Position numbers and translations under genes: made by a program
Shown here: piece after piece, positions 25,230-37,322 of the stretch
How positions within the stretch are numbered: position 1 is the first letter of the stretch
Layout of the letters: every line of letters starts with the position of its first letter
Assembly: GCA_047495785.1 (NCBI GenBank)
Contig: JBLDXI010000054.1
Coordinates: forward strand, 1,612,001-1,676,000
Source of the DNA: Lepidodermella squamata
Lineage: Eukaryota > Animalia > Gastrotricha
Length of the DNA: 64,000 bases
Direction: 5' to 3'
Notes under the pieces: generated by a model
What the model saw: the letters and a program-made list of their open reading frames with translations, nothing else
Database searches by the model: none
What the model was told of the DNA's origin: nothing

Positions 25230-25317
25230 GGGCTACTGATTCATCAGCGCTCCAAGATATAAAGTAAACTGATCCAAGATTACTTTATATCTTGGAGCGC
25301 TGATGAATCAGTAGCCC
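25230..25317. repeat. Perfect 88-bp hairpin (38-bp arms, 12-nt loop); MITE-like or small-RNA precursor
   Basis: gggctactgattcatcagcgctccaagatataaagtaa (25230-25267) is the exact reverse complement of 25280-25317. Confidence 0.9.
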
Positions 25318-25454
25318 GTACCCAGTCTCAGCACACCTGTCGCCATTGAGAACAGCTGTTCACTATGTCGCTGTCGCTTGTAGCAAAATCTTATCAGTGA
25401 TTGGCGTACAATTTTCTCGTTTAGAAATGAGCATAAGTCACCAGGTTCTCCAAA

Positions 25455-26561
25455 ATGAGCCCTAAGTTCATTGCTGTTAAATTCGCCCAAGCTTGTGAAG
25501 ATGACGACCTGGCTTACTTCTCAGCCGTTCTCAACGGAGCTATTCTGTTGCTGGGGGCCGACGAAATCGCTCGAATGATATGCGCGGCAGCAAGCCACAA
25601 ATGTCTAAGCTACCTGCTTTCAACGAACCGAGTTAATTTTGGAAGAAAGTCACTTCACGAAAGTGGCCCAACGTTGGGCTGCATGTGCCTGACAGCAGTT
25701 TGCAATCCATGGATGCGGTGGAACATCACTGGTTTGCAGTACACAAATATAGGACGCCGTGGTGAAGATCGTGTCGAAGACAGAGTAAGAACTGCGCAAA
25801 TTTTACTTGATCACGGTGTCAATGTCGATTCCGCCTACAACAACGACACGGCTCTAAAATTGAGTGTAGATCACCTGCTGGATCCTTTGGTTGAACTTCT
25901 GGTAGCCCGTGGGGCGACTCTAAATGGCTTAGCATCTGCTTTGAATACCGCTTTCCACCAGGAACGTTGGAACATTGCAAAATTTCTCATCGAGGCTGGA
26001 GCGCAACCCGTGTACATCCATAACCCCGCGAACGATGCCTATTATTCTCGACTTGTACCGACATCATGCATGTTTGACATGATAATTCGAGGGAATTCAG
26101 TGGATCACATTGATACAGGAGGGGTGCAAATAACTGCTTTTCCGCGAGGCGCAAGATCCGAACTCTTCAAATCTCTTGCGATGGCTGGTTTTCTGTGCGG
26201 CGAATGCGCCAAGGACGAATATTTCACAAGCATGATAATAGCGAGATGGGCCTGTGACAGAATCAACAATGCGCATCAACTCGATTATCGCTTGTTCGAA
26301 ATTCTTCTCTTCTCAAGAATGACATCGTCATTCCACCCGGAATACTACAAGCCGGAACTTGGCGATGGCGTTGGGAGTGGTTTGCATCAACTGTTAATGC
26401 CGTGTGTGATGCAGCTTTTCCCGATGAAGTTACAGGCTATTTGCAGAATGACGATCCTCAACCGGCTGCCGACTGGCTTCAAGAAACGAGCCGAGGCTAT
26501 CGATAAAGGATTGATTAACTCCTTACCCCCTATCTTACTTGGCTATTTGAAATTTGAGTAA
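25455..26561 (+). CDS. Intronless ankyrin-repeat and SOCS-box (ASB-like) protein
   Basis: 368-aa ORF. Ankyrin-like segments AQILLDHGVNVD...TALKLSV...VELLVARGA and ALNTAFHQERWNIAKFLIEAGA; C-terminal SOCS box PMKLQAICRMTI...SLPPILLGYL. Confidence 0.85.
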   Translation: MSPKFIAVKFAQACEDDDLAYFSAVLNGAILLLGADEIARMICAAASHKCLSYLLSTNRVNFGRKSLHESGPTLGCMCLTAVCNPWMRWNITGLQYTNIGRRGEDRVEDRVRTAQILLDHGVNVDSAYNNDTALKLSVDHLLDPLVELLVARGATLNGLASALNTAFHQERWNIAKFLIEAGAQPVYIHNPANDAYYSRLVPTSCMFDMIIRGNSVDHIDTGGVQITAFPRGARSELFKSLAMAGFLCGECAKDEYFTSMIIARWACDRINNAHQLDYRLFEILLFSRMTSSFHPEYYKPELGDGVGSGLHQLLMPCVMQLFPMKLQAICRMTILNRLPTGFKKRAEAIDKGLINSLPPILLGYLKFE

Positions 26562-27125
26562 CTTGAAAGATTAATTTAATTGCAGTAAACAGAGTTATTC
26601 AACAGAAGCTTCACGTAGTGTATGCCACCGCAATCAAGAATCATTGTCTAGTCGATTCATTCGAAATTGGTGCGAAAAATTAATGCTATTTCTCGGCAAT
26701 TTTTCGCATGGAATAGGAATCCAAAATTAAACCGGATAGTGGAAGGTTTTATAGTATAGAGCAAGAGGATGCAAACTGTCGGTGCGAGATCATTAGATAG
26801 GATCCGGAGAACCCGATGTTAACTAGATTGCTAATTATAGTTATTAAACCCGTGTGGGCCACATTCTCCGAAATCTACGAATTCCAGAGGTGAACTTCGG
26901 CTTTGCCCATATCAGGCGTAGTGAGTAGGAATTTCACAAAGGTTCTTATCGAATTTAAATTTCGATTCAGAGCAGCAGGAAGACGATGTTATGTCAGCTT
27001 TTTTGCTTTATTTATTCCACCCTCTACATCAAGTTGAATTTCACTCCCGTCCCTCTCGACTCTCAGGTAATATTTGTATTACCATTCACAAATTTGTCGC
27101 CTTCAAATTCAAATTCCTCTCCAAT

Positions 27126-28258
27126 TCACGCGGCACAAGCCTCTTTCACGACCTTAGCACAGGTGTACTCGATTCGGTGCTGGCCCGTACCACTGCGCTT
27201 CAGTTGGAACCGTTGCAGCAACGTGCCACCAGGGCAGTTCGGGCTATGGCTGACGAGCGAGTGGGTTTTAGGTCCTTTTTCGTCCACGAAAGCAGTCATG
27301 TGGCTTGTAGTGGTGACCTTGTCTAAGATCTGAAATGATAACAGTCCGAAAAATTAGTTGATTGATTTATAAAATTCTCACCGAGCAGCACGTGTAGTTA
27401 GCGGCAACTTGGCCGTTCGCAGGGTTCTGACGTAGCGTGAACCTGTTCAGGCCCTCGTTGGCACTGCATCGGACATCCTGCCTTTCCAGGTAGTTGGCGT
27501 CGCCATTGCCGCCATCAGTATATGCGTTCTGGACTTCGCGACATGCCACATCGGTGGGTGCAGCGCAGCAAGTGTACGAGTACTGGATGCTGGTTCCGCT
27601 TGGCTTGGTCATTTCGAATGAAGTTAGATAATTGCTGGCAGGGCATTTGATGTTGTGAAACGTGATGGCGAGCATGTGCCCATTTACGTCACTGGCTTCC
27701 GCAGTTAAATGCTTGGCATTGGAACACTTCTCGTACCACTTGGGAGTCGCTGCTCAGAAGAAAGGTGGTTTTTACTATGTATTAACCGAGGCTTTCCAAC
27801 AGGCAGATTTTCCGGTCTGCCGGTGGTGTTTCCTCTGCGCCCAGTCGATCATCAACAACCCAGCCCGAGTTTCAAGGATTGGATTGCTTTTCGTACTTCG
27901 AGAGCACAGGGGAGGCTATAATTATCTTGAATTGTTACGCAACAACCGCGAGCGCGGAAGAAACACCGGCGGGCCGGAAAATATGCTTTCAACAAAGAGT
28001 TGGACACCAGAACTGGTAAGGATCAAGAAAAATCGACATAAGCCATAAGCGTCATCCCTTGGGTACTTGATAAAGTTGGCCACAGAGATTCGTGTTCCCT
28101 ATAAAGTTTGCTATGGGCACTGATTGGAGATTGAACTGATAGATTGAACTGATACTGTCACTACCATCCCTAGCGGTTCTGCGCTCTCTGCTTTTCAACT
28201 TACCGCAGCTACAGGCAATGCATAAGGTTGCTGCAAGAACAGCCAGTCTGAAAGTCAT
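27126..28258 (-). CDS. Secreted Cys-rich repeat protein, copy 1 (signal peptide plus repeats 4-6)
   Basis: Exons 28258-28204, 27749-27382 and 27329-27126 join in frame. Signal MTFRLAVLAATLCIACSC; repeats such as NYLERQDVRC...LNRFTL...NYTCC. Homologous to 46668-47312. Confidence 0.85.
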
Positions 28259-28679
28259 CTTATGATCGAGGTTTTAACTGAAAGTTGTATTCGAAACGAA
28301 AAAACAGATGAGTAACTAGATGACACTAGGGCCGGTCTAGCTTTTTGAGAATGTGTAGAATGGGAGTCATGTTGATCCCGGTGACAACTGAACATACTTC
28401 CTACCGAAAAAGCGCGTTGGCGAGGGCAGCATTAATAATTATGTATACAAAGTCAATTGAATTCCCATGCTAGCACATAGTCGTAGTATAGCACAAGGTA
28501 TTGTATATTAATATTAATAATATAATCGTAATTTTTATTATACACGACCATAAATATTTTATTAATAATGAGAAAAACGTAATTTGAGCATTAGTGTTCA
28601 AGTTCCCTTCTGAAACGTGAAAAAGTACTAAGCTTGCCTGAAATTTGCTTTTAATTATTAGTCATTGAAAAAGCCTTGT

Positions 28680-28846
28680 GAGAGAACGATGACACATAGT
28701 CAGAGGACGAAGAAGATCACGGAAAATAGGGAAGAAAAACCAAAAGAACGAAGATAAGGCACGTTTTAAAATGACGCAAGGCTGCAACAACAATTTCTAC
28801 TCGTGCAAGAAACCTGGCCACTACGCACGCGAGTGCCTAGAACAAG
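28680..28846 (+). mobile_element. Relic Gag-like CCHC zinc-knuckle fragment
   Basis: Translates NNFYSCKKPGHYARECLE. A homologous, further decayed copy lies at 37180-37322 and 38317-38402 (NCYS...GHYARECPE). Confidence 0.55.
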
Positions 28847-28992
28847 TTCCTCCTTTTACCGGAACCAAATTTCTCTCATATAAACCCTAAAACATTTTCT
28901 TTCAAGTATGTGAAATACAGGGAGTAAGGAGGTACGGTACCTCCAGCTCGAGAGGTCCAGGCAAGTCTAGCTTTTCTTGCAGACGTTCTCAT

Positions 28993-31595
28993 TTATGTCG
29001 AGGTAAACTGAATCGCCTTAATTCTGCGACGGCTTTTCAAGCCTGATCCAGCACGAGGCGTTCTCATCTTAGGAAAGAAAAGCATGCCAAGATTCAACGT
29101 GATGCAAGCAAATATCATAGCTGATATCGCGATACGTTGGTAAGAATTCTCCTTGAAAATTGCGCCAGCAATGATGCCTCCGCACCCCAGGAGCATTACA
29201 ATTCCATAGAAACAAGCTGCAGTTGTTTTCAAATCGGTAATCTTTGAAATTCGTCTCTGCAACCAAAGTCTAAGCGTCACAGATAAGTAAAAATTAAAAA
29301 CTTACCGATCTGAGTGCAAGTGCAAGAAAACCTCCTCGGAAAATCATGGCTCCGTTGATCAAGCAAGCCGCCGAAATGATAAATTGAGACATAACTGATG
29401 ATCCGAATGCTAGATTATATTTTACGACAACCCTTTCCACCGTATTCTCAATGTAATTCGCGCCAACCGTTGTCACAACCTTTGGCGGCGATACCACGAA
29501 ACAAATGAGCAACATTGTTGCGAACAAAGTCATTAACGTCGCCCCAATACCACATACTGCCATTCTCAAGCTCCCGAAACCAGATATGATCGGTGCAACT
29601 TTTACGGAGGAAAAGTCAGTCTGCCTTGAAAATCGCCCATCACTCGCCAGCATAATATCCAAGGCAGCTTTTTTCAAAGCCAGCGATGCCAACTCTAACT
29701 TGCCGGCCATACCGAAGATAAGACATGTAATTCCTAGAAAAAACATTCCAGTCGCCAGTATCGTTAGAGCTTGGAAATTCGAATCAAACAGCATGGGTTG
29801 AAGCAGAACAGAAGCAAGCAGTAGGATATTCCCAAGCAGGATGAATCGGCCAATCTCGGGGGCGGATGTTGCGATTCTTTTATTCTTTTTCCGCTCCTTT
29901 TCATGCCATATGGAAACGCCGACGCAAGTCGCGAGTAATATGACCGCGAGTATTGTGATTGTAATGTAGGCGGAAAGATCCAGAAGAGGAGATATCGCTT
30001 TCTCAACGCGAACAGTGTCTAAAGGAGGATTCCCGTTAGATGTTCTCCAGACTATAGGCGAGAGGCTGCAATTCAAAGCTTGAATCTTCGAGTAGTAAAT
30101 GCAAATTGGAAATGGTTGGACTTTGTTGTTAATTGGATCCCTTCTGAATTGAATGATTCCTTGAACCTGGCTGCCGCCCGAGTTCGTAGTTGTATTACTT
30201 TCAAAAGCGACATCTCCAACTTTGACTCTGAGGCGACTCGAGAAAAGGGCTTCTTTCATCGTACCAATAATTGAACTGGCATTTTGCTTGAACAGGTCAC
30301 CGCCAGTCGCCCATTGTGAAAGTGTTTGATTGTCTAGAAAATACTTTGTGATAAAATTGTGAAAAACGACATTTGTGTTTTAACTTACTGATTTTCAACA
30401 TACTATCCGTTTTGTCCAATACAAAAGCTGCCACCATAGTGTTATCATAGCATGCATGTCGGCGAGCGAAGCTTGATGAAGTTTCAGGCCTGTCTATTCT
30501 TGACATCAACCACTCAGTTAAGTCTGATCCTGTATTTCCAAATGAGTCCTTTTCACTGTCGATTCGCAAATCCATCAGACTGTTACAACCGAAAGCGATG
30601 ACACTCTGAAGTACTTCCTCCAACATAGCCTCTGTGCACCAATCAGTGAAGCGGGAAGGGTCATTTGGGACGAAAACGGAGGTTAATAAAGTGAGAATGA
30701 CTACATTTGGCCCAAAAAGCTGATATCGATGAAGAAAACAAGCAGTCCGAGCCGTGTTTAGCGTGTTCAGAATAATAATCCTCGGGTTCAGTCGTTTCAA
30801 GTCCGAAACAGCTTGATCAATGTATTGAGGCTCAGCTAAGGTTCCGAGAAGGTAGGGGATTTTAAAAATTCCCACGACTTTAGAGCCATTATTTCTTTCA
30901 AAATTTGCGATGAATTGCGTTTCGATCTGTCCAAAATAGTCACTGCCCTCTGATAGAATCGCGACTCGACGCCAGGCCATCAATTTGAGGAACTCATGAA
31001 GGCTGTTGTAACAAAAGCTAAGTTGAGGTTGAACGACAAAATAGTTGAGATAACGCGACCTCTGAGTATGAGGCTCGCTTTGAACTGTAGCTAAAGTAAT
31101 TCCAACGTGGTTAAAATGTTGCATTATTTGCCCCGTGTGATAGTTTGCTGTGCTGATAGAACCCAAGGTAAGCGGCAGCCGATCTGTGATGGAGTCGATT
31201 ACCTGAAGCTGGGACAGAACTTTACCAACTCCAATCGCTCTTGAAAGCTGCGGCAGGAGAAAAAAATTAAAACTTTTAATCATAGCTAATCAATTCACCT
31301 CGTCGTCGACAACATCTACAGCTAGTTCATAGCCAGGTAGCATATTCATTCTCTTTACGCTATCAAGGACGAATTTGATCCCCTCGGTACAAATGGGTCC
31401 CAGGGGTTGAACAAAGCCACCATAATTGTACGACGCCATTATACTGATAACCTTCCGACTTGTATCGTTCGGGTTGTGCGTTGAGGAGAAAATTCTCCTT
31501 TCCATTGGAGCTGACATGGGTATCTTTGCCAACGCAGAGCCATCAGTTAACATGATAACTAGCACTCGAATCATGGGAAGAATCATTGAGTTCAT
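28993..31595 (-). CDS. Divergent class C GPCR, GABA-B-receptor-like (Venus-flytrap domain plus 7TM)
   Basis: Exons about 31595-31299, 31247-30389, 30333-29306 and 29257-28993 join in frame. Signal peptide; MLPGYELAV, MAWRRVAIL and LKRLNPRIIIL match VFT motifs; seven hydrophobic helices with IATSAP..ILLG, GFLA and LFFPK matching the GABA-B pattern. Confidence 0.85.
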
Positions 31596-31989
31596 TTTTG
31601 AGCTACCTGTGCTATTCGATGATCTATGTAGCTCTGCGAAATCATCAAAACATCCTGTCGATGTATTTCCTGAGCTTACCGTGTCACGCAGCTACGAACT
31701 AATTGAAATGGAGGTGTTATTGTTGGTTCACATTTCAATACGACTTCAGAGTTTAACGGATATTCTAGTCGACTATAGCTAGCTATAAATCTGACGAACT
31801 AGTTCGGAAGATAAATGTCATCAATTATTGAACATGGATTCATCAACAAGTTTAATTTTCGCCCACTTCTTTCAAAGAGCTAATGCATTTCATTCGTTTC
31901 ACGCTTCCTGACTCGGAGCGGTGAGCAATGTATTACCACTGTCGGCCTTCGGCCTTTGACAGTTGACGGGGAACCTCCTTTGGATGAAC

Positions 31990-32223
31990 GCAACTGTGAA
32001 TAACATAGAGGGATTTAACAACCGCTGCCTTGTCAAGGGTCAACTCATCAGTGAACGACTGCCCGAGATAAGAAATGCAATCGTTCTGCTTGAGTGCAGG
32101 AATAACGAAGTTTTCATCAACATAAAGGTCATCCTCCACAAGTTTCCCATCCATTACGATAATTGCAACAGATTTCTTGGCGTTCAGCTCGAGGCCGATG
32201 GAATGAAACAGATCTCTAACCAT
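31990..32223 (-). mobile_element. Non-LTR reverse transcriptase fragment (domains 6-7; resembles RLE-type elements)
   Basis: SIGLELNAKKS...IPAL...CISYLG. No YADD motif and no flanking domains are retained. Confidence 0.65.
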
Positions 32224-32929
32224 GTTTACCTAAGTTTACTAAGTTTACTAAGTTAGTTACAACTTTCAAGGATCAAGGTGGATTCACTGATAGTAAGAAA
32301 ACATTACGTTAACATATTTATTTAACACAGATTTATGCGCACCTTAAACGACCTAAGATGTTAACCTTATTTGCTTATTTTTCGATAAAAATGACGCGAA
32401 TGCGTAAAGTGTTTGTGCGAACTGAGAATAAGCTATTGCGGTTTGTCACAGGTCACAAGTTTCATGTCGGGCATGCTGAATTCGTTCAAATCGAACGTTC
32501 GTTGCGGCATTACGCGTTTATTCGACATCAACAACGGCTCGAGCAGGCTCGGGTGCTAGCGCTCAGTGAAACCATTTCTCTGAATTTAGACTCGCGATTT
32601 TGCTCGGAGCGGCAGTAGACCAAGGCACTGATCCGACGGTGCGAAAATCGAAAATCGTGGCTAAATCAGATTTGGTGACTAATCAAGGCGCTAGCCTCCG
32701 ATAACACGTTTAGTACAGAGACGCAAAGCTAATTTTACCGTCACTTTTATGGTGCGATGACTCTTGCCGCAAAGGGCACTTACTTAGGGAAACTAACACA
32801 TCTGCGTTACCGTTCACCGTTCATGCTTTCTGTTACTAAGCATTTCGCTCTGCATCAGTAAAAATACCGTCAAATTGCGAGTCATAGCGTGCAATGGTAG
32901 CATTTTCACATTGCTCACAGAACAATAGA

Positions 32930-33380
32930 GATATGTTTTTTACCATCAAGTGGAACCTTATGCCACGACGCTAACAAAGTCATGACGAGTGCCTCAGGCT
33001 GCGCGCACGCTGGTTTAGCCAGTCGGTTAGCTGGTTTTTGATAGGTGGACCAGTATCCGCACAGGTACGCACAGGACGCACAGACACATATCCTCCTTGA
33101 CGACGGACAGACGGAGAGACGGAACACGACCCACGACAACGGGTATTCCCCGTCATTGGCATCAATCAAAAATATCCTGTTGGAGGCTGGGATCTTAGCT
33201 TTACGTTCATCGCATAAATGAAAGCGGCTGCTACACACTGTGAAAAAGACCCATATAGGTTGTAACACTTTTTCGTACATGCGTTATTACCCGTCACCCG
33301 CCACCCGTCACCTTGAAAGGGATGTAAACAAGCTTAAATCCGAGTTATTCAACGACGCTAACAATATTCTCATCTCCACT
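32930..33380 (-). mobile_element. Possible decayed hAT transposase fragment
   Basis: Broken-frame pieces SVVE*LGFKL and TGPPIKNQLTDW loosely resemble the hAT motifs SIVEDxGF and HTGENI. Weak support. Confidence 0.25.
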
Positions 33381-34507
33381 TCCAGTATGTTATACATGAA
33401 TGACGGCTTATCTGTCCAGGGGAATGGATTGGAAATAAAAACTTCAATTTTTCGCTGATGGAAAAGCTCTTAACGCTGTTTGGTGTAGGGGCCCTATCCC
33501 AAGCCCGACTTCGGCCCGTACGCGTTTCGGCCGGCCCGTGTGCGGTCGGACAACGGCGCTTTGCCATTCCGCGCACGGGCTTCCCTAGAACGTGCCTCTA
33601 TGCAACACGGTAAATTCAACGAATTTTACCAAATCTCGCTTGACTGCACACATTACAGTCGAGGTGTCGGCCCGAGCTCGGTGGAAAACGTTGGGTTCTC
33701 GCCGCACTTGGGCTTTCCTAGTGAATCTGGCCATAATTTGGACCTCGGCAACCGTGCGTACGACCGTCGCTCCTTTTGCTCGGGTATCATGCCTATGCCC
33801 GAGCCCGGCGGAATTAGACGTGCCCAAAAATACACTGACCTACCTATTGTTCTCTCGCTTCTTTCGGCTACGATCCTGGCCTTATGTGGTGTTAAATTTT
33901 CAAATGCGGTGCTCATTGGATAACAAATACCCTTGGCATTCAGAGATGGAATTTCAGGCAAAAATGCTGTCGTTCTCAACAAGAGATTAGGTTTATAAGT
34001 ACTGAGTAAACCCTATTTTCATGTCGAATTTCTAGGAAATTATACAAATGAACGCTTATCCGTATATTGGAATTGATTTTGATGCAAAAATGAAATTTTT
34101 GGTAACAGAGAAGCTCCAAACAAACAGAGTCACTAACGAATTTTCGTATAAGCCTTAGATGAAAATGTAGATCGTAATAAAATATGCGAATTCACCGGAG
34201 GAATTTTGATTTCACCGTGTATAACTTACAGTATAACAGAAAATTTGCCTGAAACACCGCTATTTTTGTTGCTGCTACCGCATGGCTTTCTCTCGGAGAA
34301 ATGCGTAAAATTTGCGGTGACCGTGCGGTTTTGGCGCATTTTTGGAGAAAAAAACGCGCTCGCGAAAGAAAATCGATAACGCGCAGCAGCAGTGCATTTT
34401 TATAGGAGTTCGGATTTTTATGAAACACCCTGTATGACTGCCTCAAGCTGTTCTTAGCTTTCGGTGCGACATAGGCTCTCAAAAAATGCAGCGGGCTACT
34501 CAAATGG

Positions 34508-34975
34508 GCACTTCTTCCATTACATTCATTTTTTCAGGTGGACCCGACAATTAGCGGCTTAACTGCTTCTCATGTGTGAGTGCTATGACCATGGGACTTA
34601 GATTTTTAGATTCCTCAACTATAACGACGAATCGTTTTATATAAAAATTCGACTTATTTTATACTCCTGCGTTTTTTTAAATAATGCATTTGCAGTTTTA
34701 CCAAGGTTTTTTTAGGCATCAGCTTGAAGTTTCATGAATATGCAAAATTGCGATGAATCATAGCATTGCTGTCATTTTTATGAGGCAATTTTCGATAAAT
34801 GAATTTTTGCGACTCAGATCTTAAAGTTAAGAAGTTAATTTTTATATAAAACGATTCGTCGTTAGTTGAGGAATCTAAAAATACAAATCCCATGGTCATA
34901 GCACTCACACATGAGAAGCAGTTAAGCCGCTAATTGTCGGGTCCACCTGAAAAAATGAATGTAATGGAAGAATGC
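34508..34975. mobile_element. MITE-like element with about 140-bp terminal inverted repeats
   Basis: 34512-34655 (ttcttccattacattc...cgttttatataaaaatt) is nearly the exact reverse complement of 34832-34972. The core is non-coding. Confidence 0.85.
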
Positions 34976-35466
34976 AGGAAAAGGCCTTGTGATTATTGCT
35001 AAAACCCCATTTTTGTCTCACACACAAAAACACAAGAATCCGCTAGTTTCGAGTCCATACTGCTATTAGTCCCAAGCATATTTCACCTCATGAAAGCGTC
35101 ATTTCTCTAGTCGATTACTTTGTAATTGGTGCGAGAGGGATGGTAGGGATCATCTCTACAAGTTCCATCGCACGGTGAAGTCAGTCAACGACCAAAGGGG
35201 GGCACTTGTATTTTACTTATGCCAAACAGTAATGCTTTCCTACTTCGCTCTCTGGGTGCGAAAATTGTGCTTAGAACAGGAATCCATATCAATTCAATAA
35301 ATTCAAACTTCAAAGTTATATAGATTCAGAGCAGGAAGACGATATTATATCAGCTTTTTCCTTTATTAATTCCATCTTCATCATTAAGCTGAATTTCACT
35401 CCCATCCCTCTCGCCGACTCTCGGGTAATATTTTTATTACCATTCTCACAATTTTCGCCTTCAATC

Positions 35467-36611
35467 TCAAAAGACGGCACAGGTTGATTCAAAGCTTATA
35501 AGGCCCTCTGCTTGACGGCGTTGAAGTCGCCATCTCTGCATCAGCCCACCGTCCGCGCAGGTGAGATTATGACGTTCAAAGGACCACGTTTTGATACTGT
35601 CCTCGTTATACTTGGTGTTAACCACCTTGCTGGTGACAACACTGCTACTCGGAACCTGGATAAAAGAGAGCATGAGAAAGCTTATATGTTCATAGGGTCT
35701 CATTAGAGGATGATTTCTATAAAACAAGGCTGTTTCCCAACCCGAGAGCCCGGACCCAGGGACATATCAATTTTCGCGCTCAAGTTACAGCCCTGAACTT
35801 GCTCCTATCGGTCAGGTGCGAGTGAAACTGAGGAAAGATTCATGCTCTGTAACACTGGCCAGCAGTGCGCGAAGAAGGATCCTCGAGCTAGGGGGTATTT
35901 TCAAATGTGATAAACAAAGGGGCCCCTGTGGTATTCTTGAGAGTTTTCCACCTGGTCCCTGCGAACTGGGGGGTACGATACCCCACATTCACCCCGGTAC
36001 TTCGCGCACTGCCGGCCAGTGGGAGCGCGAGCTAGGGCGTAATTTTGGCGGGCAAATTAGTATGCGAGCCAGGCACCTTCTGAAAATCTCTTTCAGAAAG
36101 TTTCTAGCACTTTTGCGTCATGGCTCCAATACTAACCGAGCAGCAAGTGTAGGTGTACTGGATCGAAGTACCCGCAGTACTCTGGCTGAAGCCTTTCAGA
36201 ACCTCATTGGCGTTGCACTTGATATCCTGTCTGTCCAAATAGACGGCATTCCCGCTACCACCATCTGTGTTGCCATTGATAACTTGTCTGCACGTTCCGA
36301 CAGACGGGGCCTTGCAGCATTTGTAGACATACTGCAATTTATTAGCCTCCCTTACACTCCTCTGGATCGTCCACGACGTCAGGTAGCTGCCGTCGGCGCA
36401 GTAGATGCGGTGACTGCTGAGGTCTAACAAACTGCCGCTTTCAGGCTGGTAGGCGGTAGTCATAAGTGCACTCGAGCAATCGAAAGCATTCGCAGTGCTT
36501 TCTGAAAATAATATGAACCCGGAATTAGCTAATGATTGGTGAAAGAGAAAGCAACTCACGACTATAGGCGATGCCCAAAGTTACTGCAAGAACAGTCAGT
36601 CTAAAAGTCAT
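35467..36611 (-). CDS. Secreted Cys-rich repeat protein, copy 2 (signal peptide plus repeats 1-3)
   Basis: Exons 36611-36560, 36501-36137 and 35655-35467. Homologous to 45690-46595. Stops after TCAVF, where it joins directly to the shared 3' flank. Confidence 0.8.
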
Positions 36612-37322
36612 CTTAGTAGAGATGTTTAAATCGAAAGTTGAGTTTGAAACGAAAAACAGATGAATGACTTGGTAACACTTCGGCCGGTCGAGCTTCTTGA
36701 GGATTTTTAGGGTCGGAGTTATTTTTAACTCGATGACAACTGAGCATACTTTCTACCGAAATAAACCGCGTGGTTGCCGTGGCAGCATTAATAATTATAT
36801 ATTAAAAGTTCAGAATAAATTTACATTCGAGTAAATGGTTGAAGCTATTTTATATTAATATTAATATTATCTTTACCATTTTTATTTGACATCAGCATAT
36901 AATTTGTATTAATAATGATCTACACTTATGTAATTTGAGCATTACAATGTACGTTATGTATTGCTCATTATTATTACGAAATATATGATGATGTGAAAGA
37001 AATGGTAAGGATATAATTAATAAGTAATATATATAATTAATATAATTAACATTAAAATAGCTTGTGTATCTTGTGCTTATACTTGTAGTGTTCAAGTTCC
37101 TTTCTGACGGCGCGAAACGTTCAAAATTAATCAGCTGGCCTCAAAGTTATTTTTAATCATTATTCATTGCCAAAGCCTTGTCCGAGAACGAGGATACACA
37201 GTCGGAGGACGAGGAAGATTCGCACGGAAATCAAGGCAAGAAAAACCAAAAGAACCAAGATAAGGTACGTTTCAAGTTGATGCAAGGCAGCAACAACAAC
37301 TGCTACTCGTGAAACGTGAAAG

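Noticed and set aside
33370-33990. Cluster of overlapping ORFs of about 70-130 aa
   Set aside because: No recognisable domain or splice structure; probably decayed transposon sequence.
35816-36427. 203-aa plus-strand ORF, and other ORFs antisense to GALNT, GPCR, RT and viral genes
   Set aside because: Shadow frames of genuine genes on the opposite strand, with no recognisable motifs.
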